Positions 41,785 to 52,200 of a DNA stretch of 64,000 bases are shown here, in pieces. The translations under genes and the position numbers were made by a program. Source of the DNA: Bacteroidales bacterium (lineage in GTDB: Bacteria; Bacteroidota; Bacteroidia; Bacteroidales; CAIWKO01); NCBI GenBank assembly GCA_035389045.1, contig DAOORA010000020.1, positions 1-64,000 of the forward strand, in the 5' to 3' direction. Position 1 is the first letter of the stretch. Every line of letters begins with the position of its first letter. The notes under the pieces were generated by a model, which was given only the letters and a program-made list of their open reading frames with translations, did not search any database and was not told where the DNA came from.

Positions 41785-43347
41785 TTATGGTTTGTTAATC
41801 ATTTTTAAAATAGCCTGTTCACTCTTTTGAGTTCCTGCAAATTCAAGTTTGAAAGTGTACATCCCCGCCGGAAGCGTTTTTGCTGAAAATAACAAAGTAT
41901 GTTTGCCTGCTGAGCGGGATTCATTCACCAAGCCGGACACCATCTCTCCGATAGCATTGTATGCATCGATCTTGACCATTCCATCTTCAGGAAGGGTATA
42001 CACTAAGGCAACCTCGCCGTCAAACGGGTTGGGATAACCCATAAACCCGAATCCTGTATCCGCATGATTACCCTGCACAAAAACCCTGGGCATCAGCAAA
42101 TAGGCATCCTCATCTTCCTCCCCGTAACGGTTGCCGATCACACCCGTACCGGAAAGTTCAAAATCTAGGGCTCCCTTTCCCGGATCTCTCTTCGCACGGA
42201 AGCCCAGCCGGATTAGCTCTGCTCCCGTAGCTACATCATAATAACCGGTGGTGGCATACACCACTCTGATTACGCCGTCCTCGTCGATAACCAGCAGATC
42301 ATCATCCGATGCTATGATCTCTTCCAGCGTCGGATTGATGGTCACGGCGCTGCTTTTATCGCCGGCCCCCGGCATCGAAACACGCACCAGTTCATAATCG
42401 TTATGAGGATAACTCAGTTCAAGCCCCAGCGCAGAAAATTCATTCATGCGGGTACTGATACGCAGAGGCAGTTCAAAATACAAGGGGTCTGTTGTCATCA
42501 GGTATTCGTCAGTAATACTTATGATGTTTTGGTCTACCGACTTGGCCTGGCTCCAGTTGACCGTCGAGTCGCGGTATTTAGTGCTCGATGCATTATAATC
42601 CCCGTAGCAGATCGTCTTCAGCGTCACGTTCAGGTCGCTGCCACCCACGCTGACCACCGTATCAAGGGCAACCCAGTTGCCTTTGGGGAAATTTTTGGAT
42701 GGCGTATAGGGAGACCCGATCTTGGCCTTGATCCGTGAAATATCTATCGCATTGATCGCCGCATTATTATCTACATTGGCGGCCTTTTTATACCGGATCG
42801 TGAAGTTACGGGATGGGTCTACCGTAGTGTCGATGCCTATGTAATATTTCAATATGGTCACATCTATTGCATCGACTCCATTGCCCCACTGCATGGTGTC
42901 TTCCGTGTATTTGTCATAACACAAAAGGTAATTTCCGGGAGAAACATTGCTTAGCTGGTAATTTCCTGCCATGTCGCTGGTATCACGGGTTATCTCCTCT
43001 CCGTTGGACTGCAGTTTCAAAATCACGATCACATTGTCGATGTTGAATATCGCCTGATTGTACGAGGGTGGGTTAGGCGCCGGGCTTCCCGGAATGGCTT
43101 TGCCGGCATATTTTACTTTACCGTAGATTAGAAACTTTGTAACATCGTATTGCTGAAAGCCCTGTGTAAGGTCGATTTTGGTGGTTTCGAATGTTTCGAC
43201 CACCGTTTCACCAATGGTAAAACTCAATAACCCCGAGCTGTTTTGCTGAAAATCCCCGCCGGTGGATATCACTTCGCGTGTGAGTGTCTGGGAATAACAG
43301 ATGTAAACTGCAAAAAATATCAGGAAAAAAAGTAATAATTTTTTCAT
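41785..43347 (-). CDS. T9SS type A cargo protein with dockerin-like and cohesin-like regions
   Basis: Start MKKLLLFF at 43347; EVISTGG...SFTIGE...LTQGFQQ N-module; AANVDNNAAINAIDIS dockerin-like loop; YPNPF...LPAGMY CTD. Confidence 0.8.
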   Translation of the reverse strand: MKKLLLFFLIFFAVYICYSQTLTREVISTGGDFQQNSSGLLSFTIGETVVETFETTKIDLTQGFQQYDVTKFLIYGKVKYAGKAIPGSPAPNPPSYNQAIFNIDNVIVILKLQSNGEEITRDTSDMAGNYQLSNVSPGNYLLCYDKYTEDTMQWGNGVDAIDVTILKYYIGIDTTVDPSRNFTIRYKKAANVDNNAAINAIDISRIKAKIGSPYTPSKNFPKGNWVALDTVVSVGGSDLNVTLKTICYGDYNASSTKYRDSTVNWSQAKSVDQNIISITDEYLMTTDPLYFELPLRISTRMNEFSALGLELSYPHNDYELVRVSMPGAGDKSSAVTINPTLEEIIASDDDLLVIDEDGVIRVVYATTGYYDVATGAELIRLGFRAKRDPGKGALDFELSGTGVIGNRYGEEDEDAYLLMPRVFVQGNHADTGFGFMGYPNPFDGEVALVYTLPEDGMVKIDAYNAIGEMVSGLVNESRSAGKHTLLFSAKTLPAGMYTFKLEFAGTQKSEQAILKMINKP

Positions 43348-43814
43348 GTTATATGTTTTTTGAAATTTCACATAAACCGCTGATTTATAGCAACCATACA
43401 TTATAACAAATTTACAAAATAAAAGTTAATAATACAAGTCTTTTAAGAAATAAATAATAAAATGTTTACAATTAAAAATGATTTTAAAATCGTATCACTA
43501 TATACGGTAAAAACCCAGATTCTATTTCAAAGGAAAATCAATTTGTTTGCCCTTAATTCCATAGGGCAAATTGATTTTCAAAACCTGCCTGAATCACTTC
43601 ATCGGGCAGGCACCCTTCCGAGACAGAATAGATATTGAAAATCAACACATTAATAAAAATGGAATTTATACAGTTTCTTATTGTGTACCTATCGGCACAC
43701 CGATACTCTGGTATGTTTTTTTACCGATATTATGTGCCTACGGCACAAGGCCTGAATAACTATCCTGCATAAATCGAGTATCGGTGGGGTTGTTATACCG
43801 GTCAAGGGTTACCA

Positions 43815-44008
43815 CAGTTCGGCGAAGGTTCTACCTTCGTCGAAACTATACTAACAGGCTCTGTCTGTAACAAAGCAATAATTTTTTACTAAAAACTAAA
43901 AAAGAGAAGGCCAACAGCATAGCATTTTTATGAAAAACGATTACATATTGCAGGCTGGAGCCCGTGATAATTTAGTACGACTTAGGCTGGAGCCTAAGTC
44001 GTACAAGG
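43815..44008. repeat. 194-bp direct repeat, copy 1 (REP-like hairpins at both ends)
   Basis: Near-identical to 46316-46509; hairpins TTCGGCGAAGGT-TCT-ACCTTCGTCGAA and GTACGACTTAGGCT-GG-AGCCTAAGTCGTAC. Confidence 0.92.
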
Positions 44009-44097
44009 TTTCTCTTATTGTATACCTGGCGTCACACCCATTTTTAAGTTCACTATCAAATTTTACCCGGAAAATGTTAAATTGTTGAATTGCTAAA

Positions 44098-46125
44098 TTA
44101 AAAAGCCCGAACAGCACGAACGTAGTAGAGCAGGTTCTTGTAATTATTGTATTGTCCTCCATGACTAAAACTCTGTGGCCAGGCCTGGTTCGCCTCCTGG
44201 GATCCTGTGATCTCGCTCGAACTCCAATAATAAGAATTGGCAAACCCACCCAATCCCAGTACTTTCAAATTTAAATACATCTGGTTCAGTTCATCTTTGC
44301 TGGGTAAAAACCAATCATCGAAACCTCCTGACACTAAATCAAAACATAGTTTTGCTGCTATGCCCGCAGTTGTACAACCGGTTATAATATCTATCGTGTT
44401 TTGATTGCCTGTTCCTATTGCTGTAGCATTTGCACCAGATATTATTGTTCCATAACAACCCCATGGCGAAGAAGTGCCCTGGTCGGTATTTGCACAAACC
44501 AAACCATGCTCTGCCCCATCGTTGTAAAAGACCAGGCCGCCGGCATAATCTTCACCAAATACATAACCGGAGTTAAAACTTATTTCGTTGCCGTAGTTTG
44601 TCCCAACAAGGTTGGTAGCATAGGCACGAACATAATATACTGTATGGGGAGTAAGTCCGGTAAGTGTGCTTGTATAGGAACCGGTGCCCGTTCCGTCAGA
44701 AGTAATACTATCGGCAATAGTCGGATTGGGATTTGTGCTCCAGCAAACGCCACGTGCCGGAGAGCAATTACCACTTGACGAAATATTACCTCCGCATTTT
44801 GCACTTATCCCACCAATTGCCGACATACTTATGGTGGTAAGGGTGGGAAGAATACAAACCAGGGTTGTAAAAATCACTTCGTTCCCATAAGCTGTACCCA
44901 CACTGTTTGTTGCATAAGCCCGTAAATAGTATAAAGTATTGGGAATAAGTCCGGTAATAGTGCTTGTAAATGTTCCCGTTCCCGAGCCGTTTGATGTGAT
45001 ATTATCGGCAATAGTCGGATTGGGATTTGTACTCCAGCAAACACCACGAGCCGTCACCGGATAACCGCCACTTGAAGAAATATCGCCACCGGATATTGCA
45101 CTTGATCCATCAACAGAAGTCATATTGGCCGTGGAAAGTGCCGGAACAACAGCAGGTATTGTGGTAAAATTCACTTCATTCCCATAGGCTGTACCTACTG
45201 CATTGGTAGCATAAGCCCGTACATAATAGGTTGTATTTGGTACAAGTCCGGTCATGTTGGCAGTAAACGTTCCGGTACCACTGCCACTGGCTATTATGCT
45301 ATTTGCAATAGTGGGATTTGGTGCCGTGTGATAACAGATACCCCTTGCTGTTACTGTTGATCCGCCGCTGCTGGTTATATTACCACCCGAAGTAGCCGTA
45401 TTATATTGAACAGACGATGCGGCTGTTGTTATCAGAGAAGCAAAAAGAGTACCTGCCCATGTTGGGGTGTATGATTGGGATACCTGTAAATACTGCCCGG
45501 GTAAACCTATAGGTACCGCGACCCAGGATGTACCATTAAAATACGCTATATCCCCCGACACCACATTTTTTGGCATTTCTAAATCACTGCTGTCTAATTT
45601 ATTATTCCAGCATGCAGTATCGGTATTTGTTATACTCCTGGCTACAGATGCATCAAAGACCGGATCAGCTTCATGAAGCGTACCGGTAATGCTGTCTGCT
45701 GTTTTAGAATGAAATGCATAAGGAACACTTATCAATTGTGTTATCCCCATCAACACAAAGGAACTTCCGCCACTTTGATCAAGTTCAACTTTAATAAAAT
45801 ACGTATTGTTTGCCCAACTAATGGCAGCCATAGTGCCGGCTAAAGGTGTACCATCTCCGATTTTCAGTACCGACAAGCCAAAGGTATTTGTGGTATCTTT
45901 TTGTGTTTCCACATATACGGCATCGCCCGATACAGAGCCCTGTAATATACTGATACGGAATGAAACCGGCTGGTTTGCAACTATATTCCCTGAATTATCC
46001 CTGACTACGGTCTGATAGTTAAACTTTTCAGGTGTCTGTGCATTTATTTTTATCGCACTTATTACAAAGAATACCAACAATAAGTAACATTTAATTTTTT
46101 TAATTATAAAAACTTTCATTGTCAT
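44098..46125 (-). CDS. Secreted protein with shared N-module, 3 FN3-like repeats and DUF1566/Lcl C-type-lectin C-terminus
   Basis: QTPEKFNYQTVVRD...QLISVPYAFHS; three TYYVRAYATN.VGT.YGNE repeats; DWFLPSKDEL...YYWSSSE...AW...VRAVRAF. Confidence 0.88.
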   Translation of the reverse strand: MTMKVFIIKKIKCYLLLVFFVISAIKINAQTPEKFNYQTVVRDNSGNIVANQPVSFRISILQGSVSGDAVYVETQKDTTNTFGLSVLKIGDGTPLAGTMAAISWANNTYFIKVELDQSGGSSFVLMGITQLISVPYAFHSKTADSITGTLHEADPVFDASVARSITNTDTACWNNKLDSSDLEMPKNVVSGDIAYFNGTSWVAVPIGLPGQYLQVSQSYTPTWAGTLFASLITTAASSVQYNTATSGGNITSSGGSTVTARGICYHTAPNPTIANSIIASGSGTGTFTANMTGLVPNTTYYVRAYATNAVGTAYGNEVNFTTIPAVVPALSTANMTSVDGSSAISGGDISSSGGYPVTARGVCWSTNPNPTIADNITSNGSGTGTFTSTITGLIPNTLYYLRAYATNSVGTAYGNEVIFTTLVCILPTLTTISMSAIGGISAKCGGNISSSGNCSPARGVCWSTNPNPTIADSITSDGTGTGSYTSTLTGLTPHTVYYVRAYATNLVGTNYGNEISFNSGYVFGEDYAGGLVFYNDGAEHGLVCANTDQGTSSPWGCYGTIISGANATAIGTGNQNTIDIITGCTTAGIAAKLCFDLVSGGFDDWFLPSKDELNQMYLNLKVLGLGGFANSYYWSSSEITGSQEANQAWPQSFSHGGQYNNYKNLLYYVRAVRAF

Positions 46126-46140
46126 TTATTTTATAAACCC

Positions 46141-46303
46141 TTAGAAACTGTTTTGATTTCATGTTACATGAGATTTATGATGGATTTTTTAGCGAAACGA
46201 GGCAGATTTTGCAGACATAGATAATCCTATGTCGAAAAATCTAACAAAGTTGCAGCAAAAAAACGCATAAAGATATAAAAAGAAAAAATCAAAACAATTT
46301 TTT
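46141..46303. mobile_element. MITE-like element (~163 bp)
   Basis: Terminal IRs TTAGAAACTGTTTTGATTT / AAATCAAAACAATTTTTTA (16/19); internal hairpin AGATTTTGCAGACATAG...CTATGTCGAAAAATCT. Confidence 0.55.
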
Positions 46304-46315
46304 AGATGATTATCC

Positions 46316-46509
46316 CAGTTAGGCGAAGGTTCTACCTTCGTCGAAACTATACTAACAGGCTCTGTCTGTAACAAAGCAATAATTTTTTTACTAAAAACTA
46401 AAAAAGAGAAGGCCAACAGTATAGCATTTTTATGAAAAACGATTAAATATTGCAGGCTGGAGCCTGTGATAATTAGTACGACTTAGGCTGGAGCCTAAGT
46501 CGAACAAGG
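46316..46509. repeat. 194-bp direct repeat, copy 2
   Basis: About 7 differences from 43815-44008 by manual comparison. Confidence 0.92.
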
Positions 46510-46602
46510 AACTTTTCGATTCAGACACTGAGGAAATGCGTAAAAGCATTGATAAATAACCATTGAATGAAGTGTCATTTTATCCAGGTTTACTTTATCT
46601 CA

Positions 46603-46694
46603 GCCACATAGGCACCAAGGCACAAAGATTCCACAATTTTTATGTTTTTGATATAGTGTAGCTTAGTGTCTTAGTGTCTTAGTGTCTTAGTGGC
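46603..46694. repeat. Inverted octamer arrays (GCACMAAG)n ... (CTTAGTGT)n
   Basis: gccacatag gcaccaag gcacaaag (46603-46627) and cttagtgt x3 + cttagtggc (46662-46694). Confidence 0.8.
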
Positions 46695-46781
46695 ATTGTT
46701 ATAGAATATCATTTGTCGGACAATAGTGAAAAAGAATATTTCTTACCGAAATAACTTTGAAGGCAACCTCATTTACCTTTA

Positions 46782-48356
46782 TCAATAACTTGAAGCATTT
46801 GAAGCCGCATATACTTCATATTCATAAGTTATGGTTTTCTTTTCTTTTCCTTTAAAAGGAATCTCCCAGTCTATAGTGATATAGGGATTCAGCCCGGCGT
46901 AACGGCCGCTTTTTTGTATTTTCCCATCATGACTGGCATTGAGTGCATTGGCAGTCAGGCTTTTGGTCACTGTTAGCAAAATATCCTTATCCTGAAGGTT
47001 CTCAACATATATTGTTCCTTTAATAGTGACTTTGTTGTAATAGGTTTTACCTATCTTTCTGACGTTCTCTTCTTTTTTTACTTCATCTTCCTTGTTTTTC
47101 ACAACTATATCTCCGGCTTTGGCGAGCTGTACCGCTGCGTTGGCGCCTTTAGGGGTATATTTGATACGGTCCTGGGCCAGCGGCTGGAAGTTATCATCCT
47201 GAACAAATACAGGCGCTGTGGTAAACGGGTGCGCGGTATTATTGGTAATAAGAAGGGAATGATACACATCAAATCTTTTTTCCGGATCATTGCTGATGTA
47301 ATTGTACTGTGAATATGCGGCGACGTCGCCGATGGAAACCTCATAAACATCTTTGTAAGGAACTTTCGATGAAAAGATCTGGAAACTGGTTTTGCTTTGT
47401 GCAGGAAGGCTTACTTTGCCAAGCTTGTACATATAAAGATCACTCGATTTTTCACCTTCGGCAGAATAATCATAATACTGCGGGATATCATTTCCATCAA
47501 GTGACCTTTCTTCGGCCATATAAACATTGCTTGTATAATAGGTCTGTGTCTGCATATAAGGTACTGCGGCGGGTTTAATATCATAAAGTGCCGTCAGGCA
47601 ATTATTGAACACCGGGTCGCACTGAAAACCATAATAAAACTGAGGATTCCCGACGGTCAGTGTAAGTTCGGCATCATCAATATCCTCCGCATAGTTTTCG
47701 ACAAGAGCTTTCATCTCCAGCTGAAGTTCGTTTTCACTGATCAATTTTATGTTGTAGGAAGGTATCCATTGTATTCCGCTTTGCATATAAACAACCCGCA
47801 AATCCGTGCTTGCCATATTTTTATCAAAATAAATCCTCGCCACACGCACTAGAGAATCTACCGATAGTTCGCCGACATTGGCATCATCAATAGTAAACTC
47901 CACCACCGAAGCAACCGGGTAAAAAGTTGTTTTATTGTCGGCAAGTTTTATTTTTGCGATACCCGACCCTTCATAATATTCCGACAGTGTTCCGCTGATC
48001 TCGCGCAGGTTTTTTTCGCTCCCCACAGCGTAAGTAAAACGAACCTTTTTTCTAACAGAGCCTTTGAATATATCATTGAAATTCTGAGGTTTCTTGGTTT
48101 TCTTTATGGTATCGGTCAGAAAACAAACTTTTGTTATTTTATTCTCTTTTGCAGGGTTCAGCCAGTATGTTCCCATCAAAGGCTGTTTCGGAAGCTCAAG
48201 TATGGTACAGCCTTTATCAACCCTTACACTGCCTTCTTTGGCAATAAAATAGGTGCCATTTTTAAACACATTGATCTGCATCGGCTTCAGACTGCTCTGT
48301 GCGAACAGGAACACCGATATCGAAATTAAACATAAAGAGGCAATGATTTTTTTCAT
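46782..48356 (-). CDS. DUF4139-like exported protein
   Basis: Signal peptide; INVFKNG, YMQSGIQWIPSY, LYMYKL..VSL and YTPKG pattern. Confidence 0.65.
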   Translation of the reverse strand: MKKIIASLCLISISVFLFAQSSLKPMQINVFKNGTYFIAKEGSVRVDKGCTILELPKQPLMGTYWLNPAKENKITKVCFLTDTIKKTKKPQNFNDIFKGSVRKKVRFTYAVGSEKNLREISGTLSEYYEGSGIAKIKLADNKTTFYPVASVVEFTIDDANVGELSVDSLVRVARIYFDKNMASTDLRVVYMQSGIQWIPSYNIKLISENELQLEMKALVENYAEDIDDAELTLTVGNPQFYYGFQCDPVFNNCLTALYDIKPAAVPYMQTQTYYTSNVYMAEERSLDGNDIPQYYDYSAEGEKSSDLYMYKLGKVSLPAQSKTSFQIFSSKVPYKDVYEVSIGDVAAYSQYNYISNDPEKRFDVYHSLLITNNTAHPFTTAPVFVQDDNFQPLAQDRIKYTPKGANAAVQLAKAGDIVVKNKEDEVKKEENVRKIGKTYYNKVTIKGTIYVENLQDKDILLTVTKSLTANALNASHDGKIQKSGRYAGLNPYITIDWEIPFKGKEKKTITYEYEVYAASNASSY

Positions 48357-48415
48357 AGTTCATGGATTTTTATTATATATTTGCTTTCAGGGAAAAATTT
48401 ATAGCACCAAATCTT

Positions 48416-49162
48416 ATGCCAAAAACCAATAATTCAGGCAGTTCCGTAAATAATAAAGGAAAGCTTTACCTGCTTCCTGCCACCCTGGGTGATGATTCGG
48501 ATCCTGCTGAAGTATTACCACTTCATACGCTGAATATTATAAAAAAATTAGAAGTCTTTATCGTCGAAGAGCTGAAAACAGCCCGACGTTTTCTCAAACA
48601 GGTTGACAAAAATATCATCATTGATACATTGCAAATTCTGATTTACAACGAACACAGCATAAAAGAGAACACCGCAAGTTATATAGAGCCTATGCTTGAA
48701 GGTAAAGATACAGGTTTGCTTTCCGAAGCAGGAATGCCTTGTATAGCTGATCCCGGAGCAGACATTGTTGCTGCAGCGCACCGGCAGTGCATCGAAGTTG
48801 TCCCGCTTTCCGGTCCGTCGTCACTTTTATTGGCATTAATTGCTTCGGGTTTTAGCGGACAGAATTTTACATTCCATGGTTATCTTCCCATAGAAAAAGA
48901 TAGAAGGGCTAAGAAAATCAGGCAGTTAGAAATACTGTCGCAGCAATACAAACAAACACAAATCTTCATCGAAACCCCTTACCGCAACCATCAGATGATA
49001 CAATCCATCATTGAAAACTGCCGTGAAGAGACTATGCTGTGCGTTGCCTCCGACCTCACCCTGCCGTCACAAAAAATCATCTCGCAATCCGTAAAATCGT
49101 GGAAAAAAATGACCCCGGACCTTCATAAGCGTCCGGCAGTTTTTCTACTTTTTACTCCCTGA
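48416..49162 (+). CDS. SAM-dependent methyltransferase (RsmI-like, tetrapyrrole methylase fold)
   Basis: LYLLPATLG, LLSEAGMPCIADPG, GPSS, FHGYLP, FIETPYRN; ATG at 48416 is the probable start. Confidence 0.9.
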   Translation: MPKTNNSGSSVNNKGKLYLLPATLGDDSDPAEVLPLHTLNIIKKLEVFIVEELKTARRFLKQVDKNIIIDTLQILIYNEHSIKENTASYIEPMLEGKDTGLLSEAGMPCIADPGADIVAAAHRQCIEVVPLSGPSSLLLALIASGFSGQNFTFHGYLPIEKDRRAKKIRQLEILSQQYKQTQIFIETPYRNHQMIQSIIENCREETMLCVASDLTLPSQKIISQSVKSWKKMTPDLHKRPAVFLLFTP

Positions 49163-49274
49163 TCTGACGGACCTTATCCCACAAGGGTAAATTTCATTGG
49201 ATGTAAAAAGTATCCTGTCAAAAAAAATTCCGAACTTTGAGCCGAAACATGCTTTTTTACATAGAAATACAGCA

Positions 49275-52200
49275 ATGAAGAACACATCACCGCCCAATAC
49301 TTCCGACGCATTAAAAGCCAATCTCACCGTGACCAGGCCCAAAAAAATTGTGCTGACCGATGAACACAAATGGTTATTGGGGCTTTCAGCCAATTACTAT
49401 GGAATTCAGGAACGTACAACGAACTTTTTCAACGAATATCATCATCCTTTTCCCGACCAGAAACTGATCAGCGATGAACTCCGGCGCCTGGCACTGGGCG
49501 ATTTCTGGTTTTATGCTCAGTGCCGTGATAAAGAAAAGGCGCTCAGGATCATATTGGGAATATTTGAAGAAACTCTCGAAAAAACAAAGGATCAGGTTGT
49601 TTTTGAAAGCGTATTTCCGGCATTTGTTGAATACTTAGCCATGATTGCCCGCCATGAAATCCCTGATATCGAATTGCTTAAAGCCGGGCTGGGTATAATG
49701 AAAAAATGGATCGCCATAAATCATTTGGTGGTACTCAGAAATTCAACATATTTAAAAAATCAGCTCGGACTGCTTCATCATAATGAATTGCTTAAAAATG
49801 AGTTTTTTCAGCTACTGTATGAACTTGCAGGTAGAGTATTACATTTCTGGGCAGACACTTCGGACGTGGAAATATGGTACAAAAAGAACAGGGAATATTT
49901 AAGCAAAGGTTTTGCCCATGAACTGAGAAATATAGGTAAACCCTATTTTAATAAACTGATTAAGAAGTGGGAAAGCGTGCGGAATTTTGATGAGCTCGAC
50001 AAAAACATCCCTCTTTATCAAGAATTTACAGATTATTTTACAAAACATACCGATACTTTTCATGTTATAAACGACCGTTTTTATTTTATTGTCTACCTGA
50101 TGCATATCCCGGGTATGGTTCATATCAAAAACACCCTTCTTGCTGATCTGAACAGGCTGATAAAAAAGATGTTTCTGGAGATCAAACCCGAACAGGCCGA
50201 CCCTTTCCTGGATAATATTTTTTCACTTTTTCATGAATTACACAAAGAACATAGCTCCACGGTATTGGATTGTGTTTTAACTTTAGGAAAAGAAATTATC
50301 CACACTGACCATGAAGAAAATATTCAGAAATTTGTTCAAAAGCTCATTGGGCTTCCGTTCGTAGTACCCGGTAAGCTGAGACTCAGCAACGAATGGAGAA
50401 CGATGGTTGATCCCGGTCATATAAAAAACATCCGTGTATGGCTGGAATTATTCGAAACGGCTCCTGACCAATATTCGAAACTCATCGCTGCACTCACCGT
50501 GAACCTCAAACTGAACGGTATTTTTATTTTCGACACCGACCTGTTCCAGAAAGATGTAACTGCACTGCTGAATTCAGATATCCAAAAATATTTCAGGCTT
50601 GTCAAACAGCTTTGCCGGATATTTCCGGTATATTTCAATGAGATAGGCGCTGAAGGAGAGTTACGGGACATCACAACAGCCATTGATGAACTTACGAGCC
50701 GTCAGGACAAACTCATCCACTTTCTGCGAAAACAGGTGCATATTGAAAGCAACAACACCCATATCGAACTAACCCGAAAGATCTATAATTTTTGGATAGA
50801 CGGACAAATCGACAATCTGAAACCCTTATTACCTGAAGATGTACTGGCAAACATCAGCCCAAACGGGAAATGGGTAGCACCCATGCATAAACTCATTATG
50901 AAGGTGGCTGAAAAAGCCCACATAAAACAGGCCACCGAACTATTAGAAGAGCATCCTGACAAAATAGACAAACTGGTAAACACCATTACCGGCGAACTAC
51001 CGGCAAACAAAATAAGACTCATGATGTTATGCCGGCTGTATTATTTGCTTATTGAAAAATACTCATTCAATACGGTCAACATCACAAAAAGCATCCTGAA
51101 ATATAATTTTATTCCACATTCGGAGGTCGAAGCACTGGAGGATGCTTTGTCGAAAAAGAACAGGGAAGCCGCTCTTACATATATTTTCAGCTTTATCAGC
51201 CTTCTCAATAAAGTTATACTGCAGGAAGAAAAAACTGAAGGATGGGAAAATATTTATCACAAGCGGCATGTTGCATTCGGAATCCCTTCCATGTATGGGG
51301 AGTACCATGAACGTCGTTTTGAAGCGCTGGGACTGATCTACAAATTGGAACAGGCTGCTTTGCTGATCATGGAAGAATGGGTGAAATCCATCAACCTGAA
51401 TTACATTACCGCCAAAACTCTCGAAAAAATTGCTTCCGTACTGCAACTATATAAAGAAGGTCTGTTGCTGGACGGTATTGAAAACAATGCGTTCAATTCA
51501 AACCTCAGCATGTTCGATTATAGTTTGAAATCGCAAAGTTTTTCGCTGGGTCAGTACACCAATATTTTCGGTTTCATGGGAGAAAATATCCGTGAGATCA
51601 TCAGTAAATATTTTTTCAGGCCTTATGAAGAAGTCCTGAAAATTGTGATCCCGCGGATGCCTGCCAGGCAACGCATTGATGGCCCCGATGTACAGAGTTT
51701 TCTGCATATGCAATCTGAGTCATTTTACCGGGATATGCTGTCCTCCTCGTTTTTATTGCAGAGCCTCGATAACTTTATCACTACCGTGCTGACCTCCCTG
51801 CGCAGTATGATGGACAATTACAGCATAGATAAGATCCGCGACATCATGTCGTACAACCCTGATATGGTGATCAGTACGCTGTATGACCAATCAAAAAATA
51901 TTGACAACCAGGTATATATCGGATCGAAAGCCTATTACCTCAAGAAGCTGTATTCATTAGGATACCCGGTACCGCCCGGATTTGTTATCACTACCGAGGT
52001 TTTCCGGCGTATTGACACGATACTCCAGAACAAAATGATGAGCCGGGAGATTGACAACATGATCATGGCCCAGATAAAAAAACTGGAAAAAATGACAGGC
52101 CAGGAATTTGGCAATCCCAGAAACCCGTTGATGCTTTCCGTACGTTCAGGCACAGCCGTATCGATGCCCGGCGCGATGAATACTTTTTTAAATGTGGGTA

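Noticed and set aside
43571..44249. Short ORFs 43571..43759 and 43941..44249 (also 46189..46416)
   Set aside because: They read through repeat elements or an alternative frame of the lectin gene; no protein-like features
43400..46780. Complete diversity-generating retroelement
   Set aside because: I found no second copy of the variable region and no reverse transcriptase ORF in the window
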